A stretch of DNA of 64,000 bases. It comes from Octopus sinensis. Lineage: Eukaryota. This document shows, in pieces, positions 1-14,295 of this stretch. Every line of letters begins with the position of its first letter. The stretch's first letter is position 1. The notes below the pieces were generated by a model. It worked only from the letters and a program-made list of their open reading frames with translations. It was not told the DNA's origin and ran no database searches. The DNA is taken from assembly GCF_006345805.1 (NCBI RefSeq), contig NC_043013.1:32798001-32862000 (forward strand). The letters run 5' to 3'. The translations under genes were made by a program, and so were the position numbers.

Positions 1-35
<35 letters not shown>

Positions 36-665
36 GTAAAAGCTAAAAATGGAAATTATATTGATAATGAAGATCACGGTGATAATAACAGTAATAATAA
101 AATATGGCAATGATAAGAATATTGACGATTATGCTGATGATGATGGTAATAATGATGATGGTGACGATGACGATGAATATGATGGGGGACGAATGACGGC
201 GACGACGACGATGACACTGATGATGATGATGATTATGATGATGGAGGATGATGATGATGATGATGGTGGTGATGATGATGATGATGATGATGATAATGAT
301 GATAAAGATGATGGTAATGATGATGATGATGATGATGTTGATGATGATGATGACGATGGTGATGAGTTAACAATAATGGTAGGTGATAATATTAATGATA
401 TTTGACAATGATGATGGTGATAAAGATATTGAGGAAGAAGATGACGACGCTGAAGATGAGGACGATAATAATAATAACAATATTATTATTATTATTATTA
501 TCATTATTAGTATTATTAATAACAACAATAACAGTAACAGCAGAAACAACAACAACAACAGTAATAATGATAATAATAATAACAATAATAATGATATTAA
601 TAATAGTAATAATAATAATAATAATGATAGTAATAATAACAATAATAATGATAACAATAATAATG

Positions 666-701
<36 letters not shown>

Positions 702-790
702 TAATAATAATATTAATAATAATAATGAAAATAATAACAACAATGATTATTGTGAGGACAATAATGACAACACTGATGGTAAAAAGAATT
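1..790. repeat. Compound trinucleotide microsatellite (AGT)n/(GAT)n/(AAT)n mosaic
   Basis: Direct reading; the poly-D/N/I/L ORFs here are repeat translations. Confidence 0.95.
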
Positions 791-915
791 TCATACCCTC
801 CTCCCCTTACACGTTTCCACTCATCTTTGTATCAATCAAAACCAAATAAATTAACGAATACAAAGGTGACAAAACAAACATATATATATATATATACACA
901 TATATGGACATATAT

Positions 916-959
<44 letters not shown>

Positions 960-1599
960 ATATATGTATATATCTATAGATATATATACATGGACACATA
1001 CACACACACACACATATATATCGAAATATAGATAAATAGACAAATAGATAGATAGTGTGATATATAGATAAATGTTTTGGAAAAGACTCTAAAATATATA
1101 AACAAAAGCGAAATATTGCAAAATGAGACGAAAAAATGTAACGAACAAAAGCCGGAAACCTGAATACACGCACACACACACATACACACGCACTGACACA
1201 CACACATATCTATATATGTATATATATACTATATGTAGATATACATACATAAGCTACATAAATGGCCCACCCCACCCGCACCCAGTCGAAAAAAAATCGA
1301 TACATAAATCGAAAATTCAATTACAATGTATCTTTTCATTTTCGAATGTTGTTTTCAAATGAAATAAAATAAGAAGTTTATGGTATATTATTAAAACTTA
1401 TCAGGCTTTGATAGATTAAAATAAAAATGAAAAATATATATATTAAAAAACAAAACAAACAACTATAAGAAAATAAAACAATACACGACAACAAAAGAAG
1501 TTTTAGTTATTATAATTGAATTAAATACATCTTTACAGATCAAAGCTTCGGTCACACACATATCTGCGTATGTATATATATATATATGTATATATATAC

Positions 1600-1640
<41 letters not shown>

Positions 1641-1690
1641 TGTGTATGTGAATATATATATATATATATGTGTGTGTGCGTGTGTACGAT

Positions 1691-1739
<49 letters not shown>

Positions 1740-2324
1740 GCATTTATATACATGCATATATATATATATACGTCCCACGTACACGTATTTGCGTGTGTAT
1801 ATATATATAATATATACATATATGTATTTACCCATATATGTATTTTTGTATACACGCACATACGTTCATACATGCGCACACGTGTATACATATATATATA
1901 TGCATGCATTGCACATAAATATACAAATATGGACCGGTATTAATGTATTCACCCAGACATATATAGATATAGATGCATAGATAGTGCACGTTTTTTTTAT
2001 TGTATCATTTCATTATTGTCTTAACATTATAGCTTTCAATAATTAAATATAATATATGGGGGATGTCTGTATTGATGGAGAGACAAACGGAATGTGTTGC
2101 TGGTAGGCATTCACCTGTCGGCTCGGGGTGTGAATTGAAAATGTCATGTGGTCGTTTTTACTGTTTAATCCACCCTGTTTATGTGGTTTGTTTATACATT
2201 ATTAATTCCTTTCTTGCTGACGTAGGGTGAAAAGCCCCGAAATATTATTCTTATTTAGCCTACACTTCCCAGTAATCTTACACCGATTACATGAATAAAA
2301 GCATTCTGTAGTGGAGTTGGTAAG

Positions 2325-2430
2325 AATCTTTGTTTCGTTTGCGATCATTGCAAGTGTAAAGAATATGAAACTGAACACTTACTGCTGAATGCGTGCAGCT
2401 TGCAATTAGAACCCTCCAAGACTGTTTGAT
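2325..2430 (+). pseudogene. Possible relic of a non-LTR retrotransposon C-terminal CCHC zinc knuckle
   Basis: Frame reads GKNLCFVCDHCKCKEYETEHLLLNACSL, resembling CxxC...ETxEHLLLxC; short, with imperfect spacing. Confidence 0.35.
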
Positions 2431-4591
2431 ATGTTAGTCTTTATTATCACATGGATTCGCTCCTGGCGGACAGATTTTCTCAAAAAAGCAGGCTGAATCA
2501 TGTAGTCTGGCTTCTCCAGACAAAGTCAGATAATATTCAACCACGACTCGAAACTCCTACCAAGTTACTTCTACTAAGATAAGGTGTGATAGACAATAGA
2601 TCATTGCTTCTACATCGAGGACGTACTGCCACTATGCTTATTGATGTCCTAAATTGCATATAAAAACAAGACAAAATAAGGCTACCCGTCATGATATTAC
2701 GAGGTCGCTTATCAACACACAGCAAACATCTAGTTCGCAGACATGTTCACTCATCTCTCTTTCCCTCTCCCTCTTTCTCTCTCTCTCTCTACCTCAATTA
2801 TCTTATTGACCTCTCTTCCTTTCAGTTATCGTATCTCCTATCATGTCAGCATTGTCAATCTGACTCACACCTATGTCTTTCTCTCAATATATATATATTG
2901 ATTCGACTACAAGCCCTAAATGAATCACTACCAGAAAAATGGCATTTCTCGAAACCGTCCATCTATTTTCTGATTAAGAGAAACATTCCATCTACTGTTC
3001 TCGGAGGGCCTGAGAAGGCGATGGATACAGTCTCTTTTCTAAATACCATGCTAATAGAAAGGTGTATTCACCCTATCCACTTTGGATTTCGTTCCACATA
3101 ATATAGTATCAACGAATATTTTATCCAATATGCCCGCCACCTTCATGTTTTCTCTGACAGGAGCTTGTGATTAGCTTGTTGGACATTTGGTTGCGATTTC
3201 TACCAAGCGATGTGACCTCATAAAGTTTATCTAATTGGTACATTTTGACTGATATAAAATGTAGACGAAATATGTGCAAGTCAAGTACTAGGTATTTTCA
3301 GTCGATTTTAAACGTTGATGCTTTTTCCAGTATTAGAAATCGTTAATTATGTATTGGCTCTAAACTATTAGTGTCTCCAGGTTGATAGAATAAGTCTCTC
3401 TAATACACTAGCCTTTTTCTTAATGTTGTTTTCATTACAACATCATGTCAGTCATATTCTAATGCTTCTCTGAACGGATTTTGGAGTATGCTAAACGAGG
3501 AACTTTAGGACAACCCGCCTCCATTCCTTGCAAGAAATGGATACTACAACAGGTTCACCTTCAACCATCTCACAATACAACCGATTCTGTGACTGAAGCA
3601 TCAACTCCTATCTTTAATTGATATTTCATAGGCTCCGGAATGATGAAATATGAAGTTTTTTCGGCCCGGAAAGGAAAAGAAGAGTATGAGGAATGACGAA
3701 GCTGAAGCTAATAGAGAAAGAGTGAGAAAGAATATCAAAATATGAACGACGATGATAAGCATGAATATTTTGCGTAATCCAGAATGAGAAGATGGACTAG
3801 AAGAGAAAACATGACCAAAGAGAACAGACTAGATTTCCTACGAATTACTCAATGGATTATGAAGAAAATGGCAAGATATTATTACTGAGTGGCGAGACTT
3901 TTGTGGCTAATCGACCGTGGATTTCCCTCTAGTCAATTTATTACATTTGTTTCGATGCTCCGCTTTCTCGGTTCTTTCATATTTTGCATAACGATATATA
4001 TACGCGTTGTGATGTTTGATACTGCGACCAGCGTCTTTTAGCAGTTACTGTTTGATTTTTCACTCAGCTTTCACCAATAATATCCTGCAAAAAAAACCCC
4101 ATGAATATTATAACTTGTATTTTTCACCTACCTTAATACATTTTATTCTTCTTTTTGCTTATGTGAGTTACGAGTATTACTGTCTGTGGGGATATATTGT
4201 AGTAGAAGAATTAGTAGTTTGACTGCTATTTCTAAATTTCGGTATGTGGTGAAGTTACTTTTGCTGATCCTTTAATTATGTTTATAATTATAAAAAAATA
4301 TTTTGTATAAGTTTTTACCGATAATGGTTTTTTTCCATACCTAACTACTTGGTAAAATTATTAATTATTAAATTAATTATTTACCTTATATCTATAATGA
4401 TACCTTAATACATGTATAACATTCTATTCTCTCTAAACAGTAGATTACATATCATGTAGAAGAGAACTTAAAGAATCATACGTTTTCCACAGTTGTTAGT
4501 CGTTTCACATCACGTACTCTGAATACTTTATTCAGAGATCCATAAATGCCATATATGCAAAATTACTACAAGTATTATTTTTATGTTTTAG

Positions 4592-4647
4592 ACAGGAAGG
4601 AAGATGCACCTCATGAATTACTACAAGGTGTTCGAGACTAATGGATG
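4592..4647 (+). other. Candidate internal coding exon (TGRKMHLMNYYKVFETNG)
   Basis: ttttatgttttag acceptor, ATG|gtgagg donor, one open frame, non-repetitive; no recognised homology. Confidence 0.3.
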
Positions 4648-5794
4648 GTGAGGGGGGAAAGTATCCTCAGTTCAGAAACCTGTCCCGCATGCTTGCAGCA
4701 GAGTAAACTTTGCTAAAGGTACCCACGGGGCCGAGTAATAGGGCTAAACGGGAATGGAGGCGGCGGATAGTTTAAGTCTATTACCGAAATAGGCCATGCA
4801 AGATTTGAACTCTGAATGCAAACACCTAGAGCAAAAATCGCAAGCACTGTCTTGGATTGGGATTTCTTTTCTCGTTCCATAAAAGACAATAAGCAACGTC
4901 GATCTCGCTGAATTTTGAACTCAAAGCCCACACAGTCGAACCGAGTTTCGTGAAGCATTCTGTCCGACGCTCCAACGACACAACCACATCGACGACTTAC
5001 AATAGCGGGGCTGGTGGAAATAATTTAATACAATATAGCAGTTTATGAGTACTTCAAAGCGATCTTTCGTCCAAGATTTCGATACAGTCACCGGACTAGA
5101 ATTGTATTTATGACCAACTCACATATCAAACTTCTCACCTCTTCGGTCCACTTGTTAGATATCACACACCTTCTAAATTCGGAGCTGTAAAGCCACTGGA
5201 GAATATTCTTTAAACGAAGAATTTATCAATGAGTGTGGCCTGAAGTGTGATGGATTCTGCCATACTTGATGTGGATATGTAATATGATGACATCAGATGA
5301 AGGTAAAGCTGCAGGCAATGTTCCATGAGAATAAATGGGTTGTAAAGCTACGAAAGATATACAACTATGTATCAGTGATGGATAAATGCGCTTATTTTAT
5401 GTTCGATATTTTATGTCATACAAATGAGGTTTAGTATAAAAAAGATAAACGTGATCAATAGAAATATATATGAGAAATGTGTAAAAAACATCTAATGTGT
5501 GTAATTGTTTGGTATGAATTTTTAATGCTAAATATTTTGCAACACACACATACACACGTACGCATACATACGTATGTGTGTCATATCTATGGAAGTATTT
5601 GTTGTATGTTTGTACACACGCTCGCACGCACTCATACTGACATATACACAAACATTTCTCTTTTAATTTATTTGCTTCAGTCAGTAAACTGTGGATATGC
5701 TGAAGAACAACCACAAAATGCACGCATATGTACACACATACACACACGCATATATGTATATAGATATATGTGCAGGTGCGAGGATGTTATTGGT

Positions 5795-5995
5795 TAGGGT
5801 GTTGCACATGTGAGCTTAAGAGTGGTGTTTCGATTCGCGGAACGGGCGGTGCATGGAGACTTTGAGGAAAAGTCTTCCTTTCACGTTGCTCGAATCCCCT
5901 CAGCTGGCAAACAGGAGTAATCCAGCAACGGACCGGGTTCTCATCCAGGCGGGAAATATACATGCGACAGAATGTGGAAAACCGGCCCTATGAAT
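5795..5995 (+). mobile_element. Degenerate CORE-type tRNA SINE (family D)
   Basis: B-box-like gtttcgattcgc and tttcacgttgctc...ctcagctggcaaa core shared with 13631 and 39400 copies. Confidence 0.55.
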
Positions 5996-7734
5996 CTATG
6001 ACTCGAGAAAACATATTTGATCCTTTCTTGATACATATGTATGTGTATGTACATATACATACATAAGTACCTGCATACGTACAGGCATGCGTGCGTACAT
6101 ACACCCTTATATACATACATATGTATGTAAGACTACAGATCCAAGCCATCACTGGTACTGTAAAAACATGTAAAACGTATCAGCAGATTATCATTTGAAG
6201 TATATATGAACATGTCTAGACATGAAAAACTATATGCATGATGATACATGCATAAAACAAAACATACAAATCTGCACGTATACATACATACATACATACG
6301 TATATTTATATGCATATATATATACATATATATATATACACACACATATATATATATACATATACATATACATACATATATATATAAGTGTGTGTGTGTG
6401 GTTCTCTTTTTGAATAGCCACTGTTTGAATTGTGTTGAAATACGAAATGAAAATCATTACAATCTTTAGTTTTAAAACTTTTGTGAGTGACACGTCCCAA
6501 AACTGCTGCTTCCAACTCACGGTTTTGATTTCATTTCTGGTTCGTATAGTAATAATATTATAAATGTCATAAACTCAATACAATCAAAGACATGAAATTG
6601 CTTTGCTGTTTATTTATGAATGTTCAAAAATAATACTTTCAAGTAATATTTTTAAATAATGTTTTTTGTATACACCTCTGTAGACGCAAACATGTAGACA
6701 TATGTACACTCAGAGACACATATATTACACAGAAATATATATTCATGTATACATATATACATGTATACACATCCACGTATGCTTATATATACACATACTC
6801 ACATATCGACTCACACACACACTAAAATATATCAATAAAACCTATTACTTAAACACTTCGAAAAACAATGTTCTTTTTTCTGAACCAGAACGATATTCAA
6901 AGAAGCTTGTATTTGCATAAAAGATACTTCACCGCACGTATACAAGGCGTTGATAGTTAATATATTTTGTTCAAACTAGTCGTACCTTGTGTCAAAATTC
7001 TCACTTATTCGCTCAGGCGAAAGTCAGGCTGCATCTTATATTTGCAGTTTCTGTTCCTGTAAAGTTGTGCATTATCTACGATAGATCAGATTATTTTGAA
7101 TTCATGAGGAGTTGTCTAACGCAAAAATTACATAAACTTCGACAGATGAATATCTATTCTTATAATAACAATTTTTGTATTTGAGTTATGTTACCTCAAT
7201 ACGCTTTAGGTTGATCACTGCCGTTTGATTCAACATTTGCACTGTATACTATCTACTTTGCTTGCTAGACAGTTACCGTTTTGTGGACACTTCTCACGAA
7301 TTCTACAATTGCATGGTATTTGTTAGCTAGTTGCTTGCATCCCTACTCTATTTACTTTCGCGGCATTATAACTTCTGATATAATACCTTGAATTAATGCA
7401 AGCTGAATGGCTAATCTTAACACAGTTCCTATTCAATATATTTTTCTACTTATGTTCATGGTAGAAAATGGCGACCGCTTAAATTAAGAAATTCTTTAAC
7501 TTTATTAGGTTTTACTGTTAGGTTAAATACTGGGTAGTACCATAAATTGTTTGTGTTTCTACTCCTATTCTTTTTTCTGTGTAATCCCAGTATTGTTTAT
7601 GTATCTAAGGGAACTTACTATTTCTTTCTCATTATAATAATAAGATGCAGCCACAAGAATATCTTTATCAGAAGATAAAGAAGACAACTGTTTTTACTTT
7701 TTTCTTATTTGTTTTTTCTTTCTTCTTTTTTCTA

Positions 7735-7941
7735 CTCTAGGCACAGGGCCCGAAATTTTGGGGAAGGGGATCCAGTCAATTAGATTGACTCCAGTACGCA
7801 ACTGGTAATTCATTTATTGATCCCGAAAGGATGAAAGGCAAAGTCGACCTCGGTGGAATTTGAACTCAGAACATAAAGACTGACGAAATACCGGTAAGCA
7901 TTTCGCCCGGCGTGCTAAAGTTTCTGACAGTTCGCCTACTT
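7735..7941 (-). mobile_element. tRNA-derived SINE family A (GGCGAGCTGGCAGAATCGTTAGCACGCCGGGCG head; GTCGACTTTGCCTTTCATCCTTTCGGGGTCGAT core)
   Basis: A-box/B-box-like head (GAGTTCAAATTCC) and core repeated in many copies across the window. Confidence 0.9.
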
Positions 7942-8258
7942 ACGGAGAAAAACTGTTTGTTAATATTGTCAGCTAAATCAATCAATACACAAGGTCGGTG
8001 ATTCAATTATTTATGTATATATACTAACTTTTTATTTGGTCTGTAGTATAGTTTGAAACTATCACTGTCTTGTCCTAACGTTGCGTTAAGAACATTAGCG
8101 GTTACATCATTTGTATCTACAGCAATACTAAGTCCTCTTTCCTGTCATATTTTATCAAATCTTTCCTCAATCTTTCATTTCTTATTTTTAAACATGTACG
8201 GTCAGTAAATATTCAAAAGAAGAGCCGGCTCGGTATTCCATTTAAAGACTGGAAACGA

Positions 8259-8329
<71 letters not shown>

Positions 8330-8333
<4 letters not shown>

Positions 8334-8531
8334 ATCCAACAAGAAAACGCCAAAAAAAAAAGCAACGCGAGGACGTGGAACAAATAACGCCCAAGAAAGA
8401 AGGGAAGAAGGAGGGTCTAACGTTTCGAGCGGAGCTCTTCGTCGGAAACAAAGGAGAAGGAAAGATCCCGAGAAGGGAAGTCAGAGGAAAAGAAATTGCT
8501 GGCGGTGCTCACGAGGTCACATGTTGGTCAC
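8330..8531 (-). mobile_element. Short Penelope-like terminal element in (TA)n with a minimal hammerhead motif (core variant CCGACGA)
   Basis: Minus strand GTTT-CCGACGA-A-GAGC-TCC-GCTC-GAAA-CGTT-AGAC at about 8415-8449; homologous to 58484-58680; (TA)n on both sides. Confidence 0.7.
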
Positions 8532-8580
<49 letters not shown>

Positions 8581-8594
8581 TGTATGTATGTATG

Positions 8595-8625
<31 letters not shown>

Positions 8626-9825
8626 CTATCCATCTATCTACATATGCAGAGAGAGAGAGAGAGAGTGTGTATGTGTGTGTGTGAGAGAGAGAGAAAGTTG
8701 TTGAAATCATTTTACTATTTCAGTTTACGAGTGTTTTGCCATAACTTCAATATAACCAATCTTGCTTAATTATGCAACAATTCCTGCGATCGCTGATTAA
8801 TTTTCATGTGCTACTTAATATTTCTTTCATAATATATGTTGAATATGACTGATCAGAATTTCGTAAGATGTGATATGCTCCCTTAACCTGGCATTCACAG
8901 AAAAGGTGCATAAATCGAGTTGCGCGTATGCACATGAACACATATCTAGAATAGAAACAAATCAGTGCTAGAAATCAAATGGATTTGATGAGATAATTGT
9001 CCGTTTCCACAGCTGGTAGTTCTGCACACTACTGTCAACAAGGGTTTAGAGCCACTTTTTTTATTAAATCAATCTGATTAATATGTCAAATATTTTATTG
9101 AACATACATAAGATATATAACAAAAGATCTATACCAATACTCCCCTTTCTCTCTTTCTATATAATCATAGAGAGAAAGAAAAAAGAATATGAGATAGGGA
9201 GAAGTAAGGGAACAAGAAGGAGCGAGAGTGCAAATTATTTTCCGTTTCCTTTCTTGTTGTGTCAACAGGCATAAATATAACGAGGCTAATTTTTTTCCTC
9301 AGGAAACTAGAAGTTGTTAGTACTGAAAGTTGAGAATAAATTAAAAAGCAAAAGGAATCGCTAAAAACTGTATTTCTTGAATAATGTACGATTTTATCTA
9401 CTTTATATTCACACGCATTTACCTATACATACAAACACACACACACATACACACACACACATATGCATACACACATACATGCATGCATACATATATGCGT
9501 ACATACGTACATGCTTAAATACATACATACACATATATACATAAATACTTATATACATGTATGTGGAGGCACGTGTGGCTTAGTGGTTAATGCAGGCATT
9601 AAGAATATTTGCTCGCCTATACAGCATAGAGAATAGTGCACCGTAGACACACACATTCTGTAGAATACTTTTGATACAATAAAAATGCATAAAACTGTAA
9701 GAAAGCCCCGAACACATCCATGATGGAAAGAACTAAATTTGGCAATGTTGCGGAAGCACGCATTAAAAGTATTACTCAAAAAATTAGTAATAGCTGTAAT
9801 AGTATTAGTTGTACTAGGATTAGTA

Positions 9826-9926
9826 GTAGTAGTAGTAGTAGTAGTAGAAGGTTATAGTAGTAATAGCAGTAGTAGATTATAGTTGTAGTAGTAGCTTATA
9901 GTAATAGTTGCAGTAGTAGTAGATCA

Positions 9927-9966
<40 letters not shown>

Positions 9967-9985
9967 TGTAGTAGTAGTAGTAGTG
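9826..9985. repeat. (AGT)n microsatellite
   Basis: Direct reading. Confidence 0.9.
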
Positions 9986-10539
9986 GTATTTGATGGAGAT
10001 TGGGAAAGTAATATATCATTGTTGTATTAGAAAGTTTATTGAAAGTCAAAAGTCATATTCATTTTCCCCAAATTGAGAAAAATATTTAAAAAAAAAACGA
10101 AAAAAAGAGTGGGTGAGAGAAGGAGAGAGGGAGAGAAAGGGAGAGAGAGGGAGAGAGAGGGAGAGAGAGGGAGAGAGAGGGAAAGAGATGGAGAGAGTTA
10201 TTATGAAAACGAAAGTGTGAGAGCGAAAGAGAGTATGGAAAGGTGAGAGAGATTGAGAAAATTAAAACGAATAAGTGGAGATAAGAATTGCAGAAAGATA
10301 ATATTAAAACCCACAGCAAGCTAAAAATATATCTAAAAGTAAACGGCATATAAATAAATGCTTAGAATGCGTAGTAAAACGTAAAGTGGAGCAATACAAA
10401 AACAAACATACAGAACATGGCGACCAGCAGAAAATGAAATATGAAAAACAACAAAGTTTAACAACCGCAAGAAGACTAATACACACACACATAAACACAC
10501 ACACACGCACACACATATACATACGTACATTCGTATATG

Positions 10540-10573
<34 letters not shown>

Positions 10574-10579
10574 ATATAT

Positions 10580-10633
<54 letters not shown>

Positions 10634-10699
10634 ATGTATGTGCAAATATATATACATATATATGAATATATATGTATGTATTCTGTATATATACATATA

Positions 10700-10741
<42 letters not shown>

Positions 10742-12022
10742 ATATATATACATGAGGTATATGTATGTATGTTTGAGATACCCCCACCACTGCTGTAAAA
10801 ACAAAAAAATATTCGGTAATATAAAAATACCAACTGTGAAGAAAAAAATTATATTTTAACTGGAAGGCAAAAAGCCACTTAAGATTAATGCAAACGGTAA
10901 ATCTCAAAGAAGCGAAATCATCGTGAATACGAAACTACGAATATGAAAACCATTTTCTTTTGACTGTGAATTCCTGTTTATTAAGAAAAGGCGTCACATG
11001 TAGCAGCTCATATCGTTGTCTTTTGCTGTCTTATATGGTTTTCTTGAAATTATTGATGCTACCGAAAAACAAATAAAAAGAAAAAAGATATAAAATAAAA
11101 TGCACATAACTGACGAACAACAAAAAAACCAAAGAGAATAAAAAAAAAATATACTGATCTAGGTGGAGGGTTGATTTTTGTGAAGGCAGAAGTGATATAG
11201 TGTTGTGTAGGCAAACTAGAGCTTCAAGCTTTTAATGTAGGGGGGTGTGCAGGTGCAAGTATGAAAGGGTGTTGTGGGACGGTGGGGATGAGGACGAGGA
11301 GGAGGTGATGGTTTTCAAGATGGTTGGTAGATTAAGATGTGTTTCCGGTGGGTGACTGCGTAAAGTGTTTGTAGTATGTTGCCGTAAAGCGTGCACGAGC
11401 ATTAATGCAAGCGTTTTTTGTGTGTATATAAGTGTGTATATGGGTGTGTGCATACATATATATATTTATATATATATGTATGTGTGTGTGTGTGTGTGTG
11501 TTTGAATATATGTCAGTGTAATTTCTGTATCATTCATATCAAAGTGTATTCATTAGTGTGTGTATACCTGTATAGCTAGTTGATTGTACGAGTGTTCACG
11601 TGCATACGAATTTCTATTCGAATGTACGAACGATAGTGCATTTGTGTGTATGATAATGCGCTTATATGAGTGTTCGTATATATGTGTGTTTGTGTGTGGG
11701 TGTGCGTACATTTGCCAGCACATCGCTACTATTGTGTATATGTGTAAGTGTGTGTGTGTGTGTGTGTGTATACATTATAATGTTTAATTCTGCTAGCGAT
11801 TATTACACTAAAAATGAGCGACTTAGCGCACGCTGGTGTGCGTGTATTGGCACATACGAAATGCGTGAGTAGGTACATTTGCTGGTATGTTTCAGCACAA
11901 AGCAATCTGGGACTGAACTTACTTATATTCGTGTAGAGTTTATATGCCCCTGTATGTTCATTGTGACATAAATATCTATAAGGAAATTCTTATACATGTA
12001 TCTGTATGAATATATGAATATA

Positions 12023-13252
12023 CAGGAGTTGGGCAAAATAATGGAAACACCTTAAAATTTCAAACAAATTTATTTTAATTGGCAGTAATTACGGCTTGTA
12101 TTCTACGAGGTATGGACTCGTACAAAGTTTGAGTTGTTTCAAAAGGAACTTTTGTCCATTCTTCAGCTAAAACAGTCTCCAGTTCTTGTAGTGATGATGG
12201 TCGAGGATATTGAGTCCGTAATTGTTTTTTTCTAAAATGTACCATACATGTTTAATAATATTGAAATCTGGGGACTGTGGTGGCCAGATAAGATGTTCAG
12301 CTTCACTAGAATGTTTCTCCTGCCATTCAGTAACAACGTTAGCAGTGTTAATAGGTGCATTATCATCCTGGAAGATTGCGCAACCATAGGATGAATTTGA
12401 TCAGATAAAATGCTTAAATAGTCTTGACTATTAATTCTGTCATGAAAGGAAACCTTTGGGCCGGCGAATTTCCAAGATATAGACCTCACTCCAGATCATC
12501 ACAGATCCTCTTCCATATTTAACAGATGGAAGAAGGCAGTCAGGGTCAAATGTTTCTTTTGGCCATCAACACACGTATACTCGGCCGTTGGTCGGAAATA
12601 ATGTATAGGATGACTTGTTCGAAAAAATAACATTCTTCCACTGCTCTAGGGAACAATTCTGTAGGTTTTTACTCCACTCGAAACGCTTTGCAACGTTTGA
12701 TTTTGAAAGTAGCGGTTTTCTGATTGCAGCCCTCCGGTGAAATCTGGCTTTGTGCAGCTCCCAGCTAACAGTTTTGGGGGACCTGGGTTCTCGAGGTGGT
12801 CATTAAGCTCTGTAGTAAATTTCGGAGCTTTACTTTTGTAATCCATTGTAACAATTCGCATAAGAGTCCGACTGTTCCTACCTAAAAGTTTGGGTTTTTT
12901 ACCGGAGTTTTGTTGCGATGAGGATGTTTTTCCCGCTTTCTCAAAGGCTGCCATTACTTTCGAGACAGTACTTCTTGATAACTAAACATTTCGGCTATTT
13001 TCGTTACGCTAGCGCCTGCCATACGAGCATTTGACCTCTTCGAAAGTCTGATAGATGTGTCATTTTGATTAATTTTTATTACCTTTTACTGATAATTTCT
13101 GAAACGAAACAGCAATTTTAGCAAAACATATTAAACAACACTAATAATAAACCAAAAAACATAAAAATAAACAAGCTTTTGACGGTTTTATAGATATTTC
13201 AAAATTATGATGTTATGATGCTAAGTGTTTCCATTATTTTGTCCAACCCCTG
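12023..13252 (-). mobile_element. Tc1-family DNA transposon, full length (1230 bp), inactivated transposase
   Basis: TIRs CAGGAGTTGGGCAAAATAATGGAAACAC / GTGTTTCCATTATTTTGTCCAACCCCTG with TA on both sides; minus-strand pieces MAAFEKAGKTSS...ELNDHLENP, WKNVIFSNKSSYTLFPT and IFQDDNAPIN...WPPQSPDFNIIKHVW; frameshifts and stops. Confidence 0.95.
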
Positions 13253-13260
13253 TATGTCTG

Positions 13261-13354
<94 letters not shown>

Positions 13355-13380
13355 GCTAGCTAGCTAGCTGTCTGTCTGTC
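13261..13380. repeat. (TATC)n microsatellite
   Basis: Direct reading. Confidence 0.95.
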
Positions 13381-13495
13381 TATGACATTGTTCTATATAG
13401 CGTATGTGTCACTCTATAGAGAGGTCTTTATTCTTTAAAGATACTTTTCATATAATTAATAACTTTTAATTTAGGAAAATTGTGTTTCATATCTA

Positions 13496-13531
<36 letters not shown>

Positions 13532-13630
13532 TGTGTGCGTCTGTGTGTATATATATATACATATGTGTGCGTGTGTGTGTGTATGTGTGCATGTGTGTGT
13601 GAGTGTTTGCATGTGTGTGTGTGTATAACT

Positions 13631-13765
13631 GTGGAGGAACGTGGCTCAGTAATTTGGGTGATGATCTCATCATCTTAAGATTGTGGTGTCGCTTTCTGGT
13701 CCAGACGGTGCGTTGTGTGTCTGAGCAAAACACTTTATTTCACATTGTTCCAGCCCACTCCATTC
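13631..13765 (+). mobile_element. Degenerate CORE-type SINE head (family D)
   Basis: ggaggaacgtggctcagt head and gagcaaaacactttatttcacattgttccag core. Confidence 0.6.
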
Positions 13766-13861
13766 ATAGAATCAGTGTATCTTGGGTGACTATGGTTCGG
13801 AAAATACCTTTGACCCCTTGTATACACACCTTTATCCAAAATAACTTATATTTACGTATGT

Positions 13862-14114
13862 ATTCTTTTATTCTTTTATTCTTTTATTTGTTTCAGTCAT
13901 TTGAATGCGGTCATTTTGAAGCACCGCATTTAGCCAAGCAAATCGACCCCAGGACTTATTCTTTATAAGCCTAGTACTTATTCTATCGTTCTTTTTTGCC
14001 GAATCGCTAAGTTACGGAGACGTAAACATAACACCATCGGTTGTCAAGCGATGTTGGGTGGGGGGCAAACACTGACACAGACACACATATATACATACAT
14101 ACATACATACTATA

Positions 14115-14146
<32 letters not shown>

Positions 14147-14295
14147 CGACGGGGTTCTTTCAGTTTCCGTCTACCAAATCCATTCACACGGCTTTGGTCG
14201 GCCTGAGGCTATAGTAGAAGACACTTACCCAAGGTGCCACGCAGTGTGACTGAACTCGGAGCCATGTCTTTGTTAAGCAATCTACTTACCACACA
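13862..14295 (-). mobile_element. CORE-type tRNA SINE (family C) with internal microsatellite
   Basis: Minus strand GTGGCACCTTGGGTAAGTGTCTTCTACTATAGCCTC core; 3' half ending GACTGAAACAAATAAAAGAATAAAAG also seen at 29030 and 59860. Confidence 0.85.

Noticed and set aside
49-979. Long Asp/Asn/Ile-rich ORFs
   Set aside because: Trinucleotide microsatellite open in several frames on both strands
1463-1980. [12 protein letters not shown] ORFs here and throughout the window
   Set aside because: Translations of (TA)n and (CA)n
3680-3890. Purine-rich stretch reminiscent of Helitron N-terminal charged repeats
   Set aside because: Multiple stops and no Rep/helicase motif or termini
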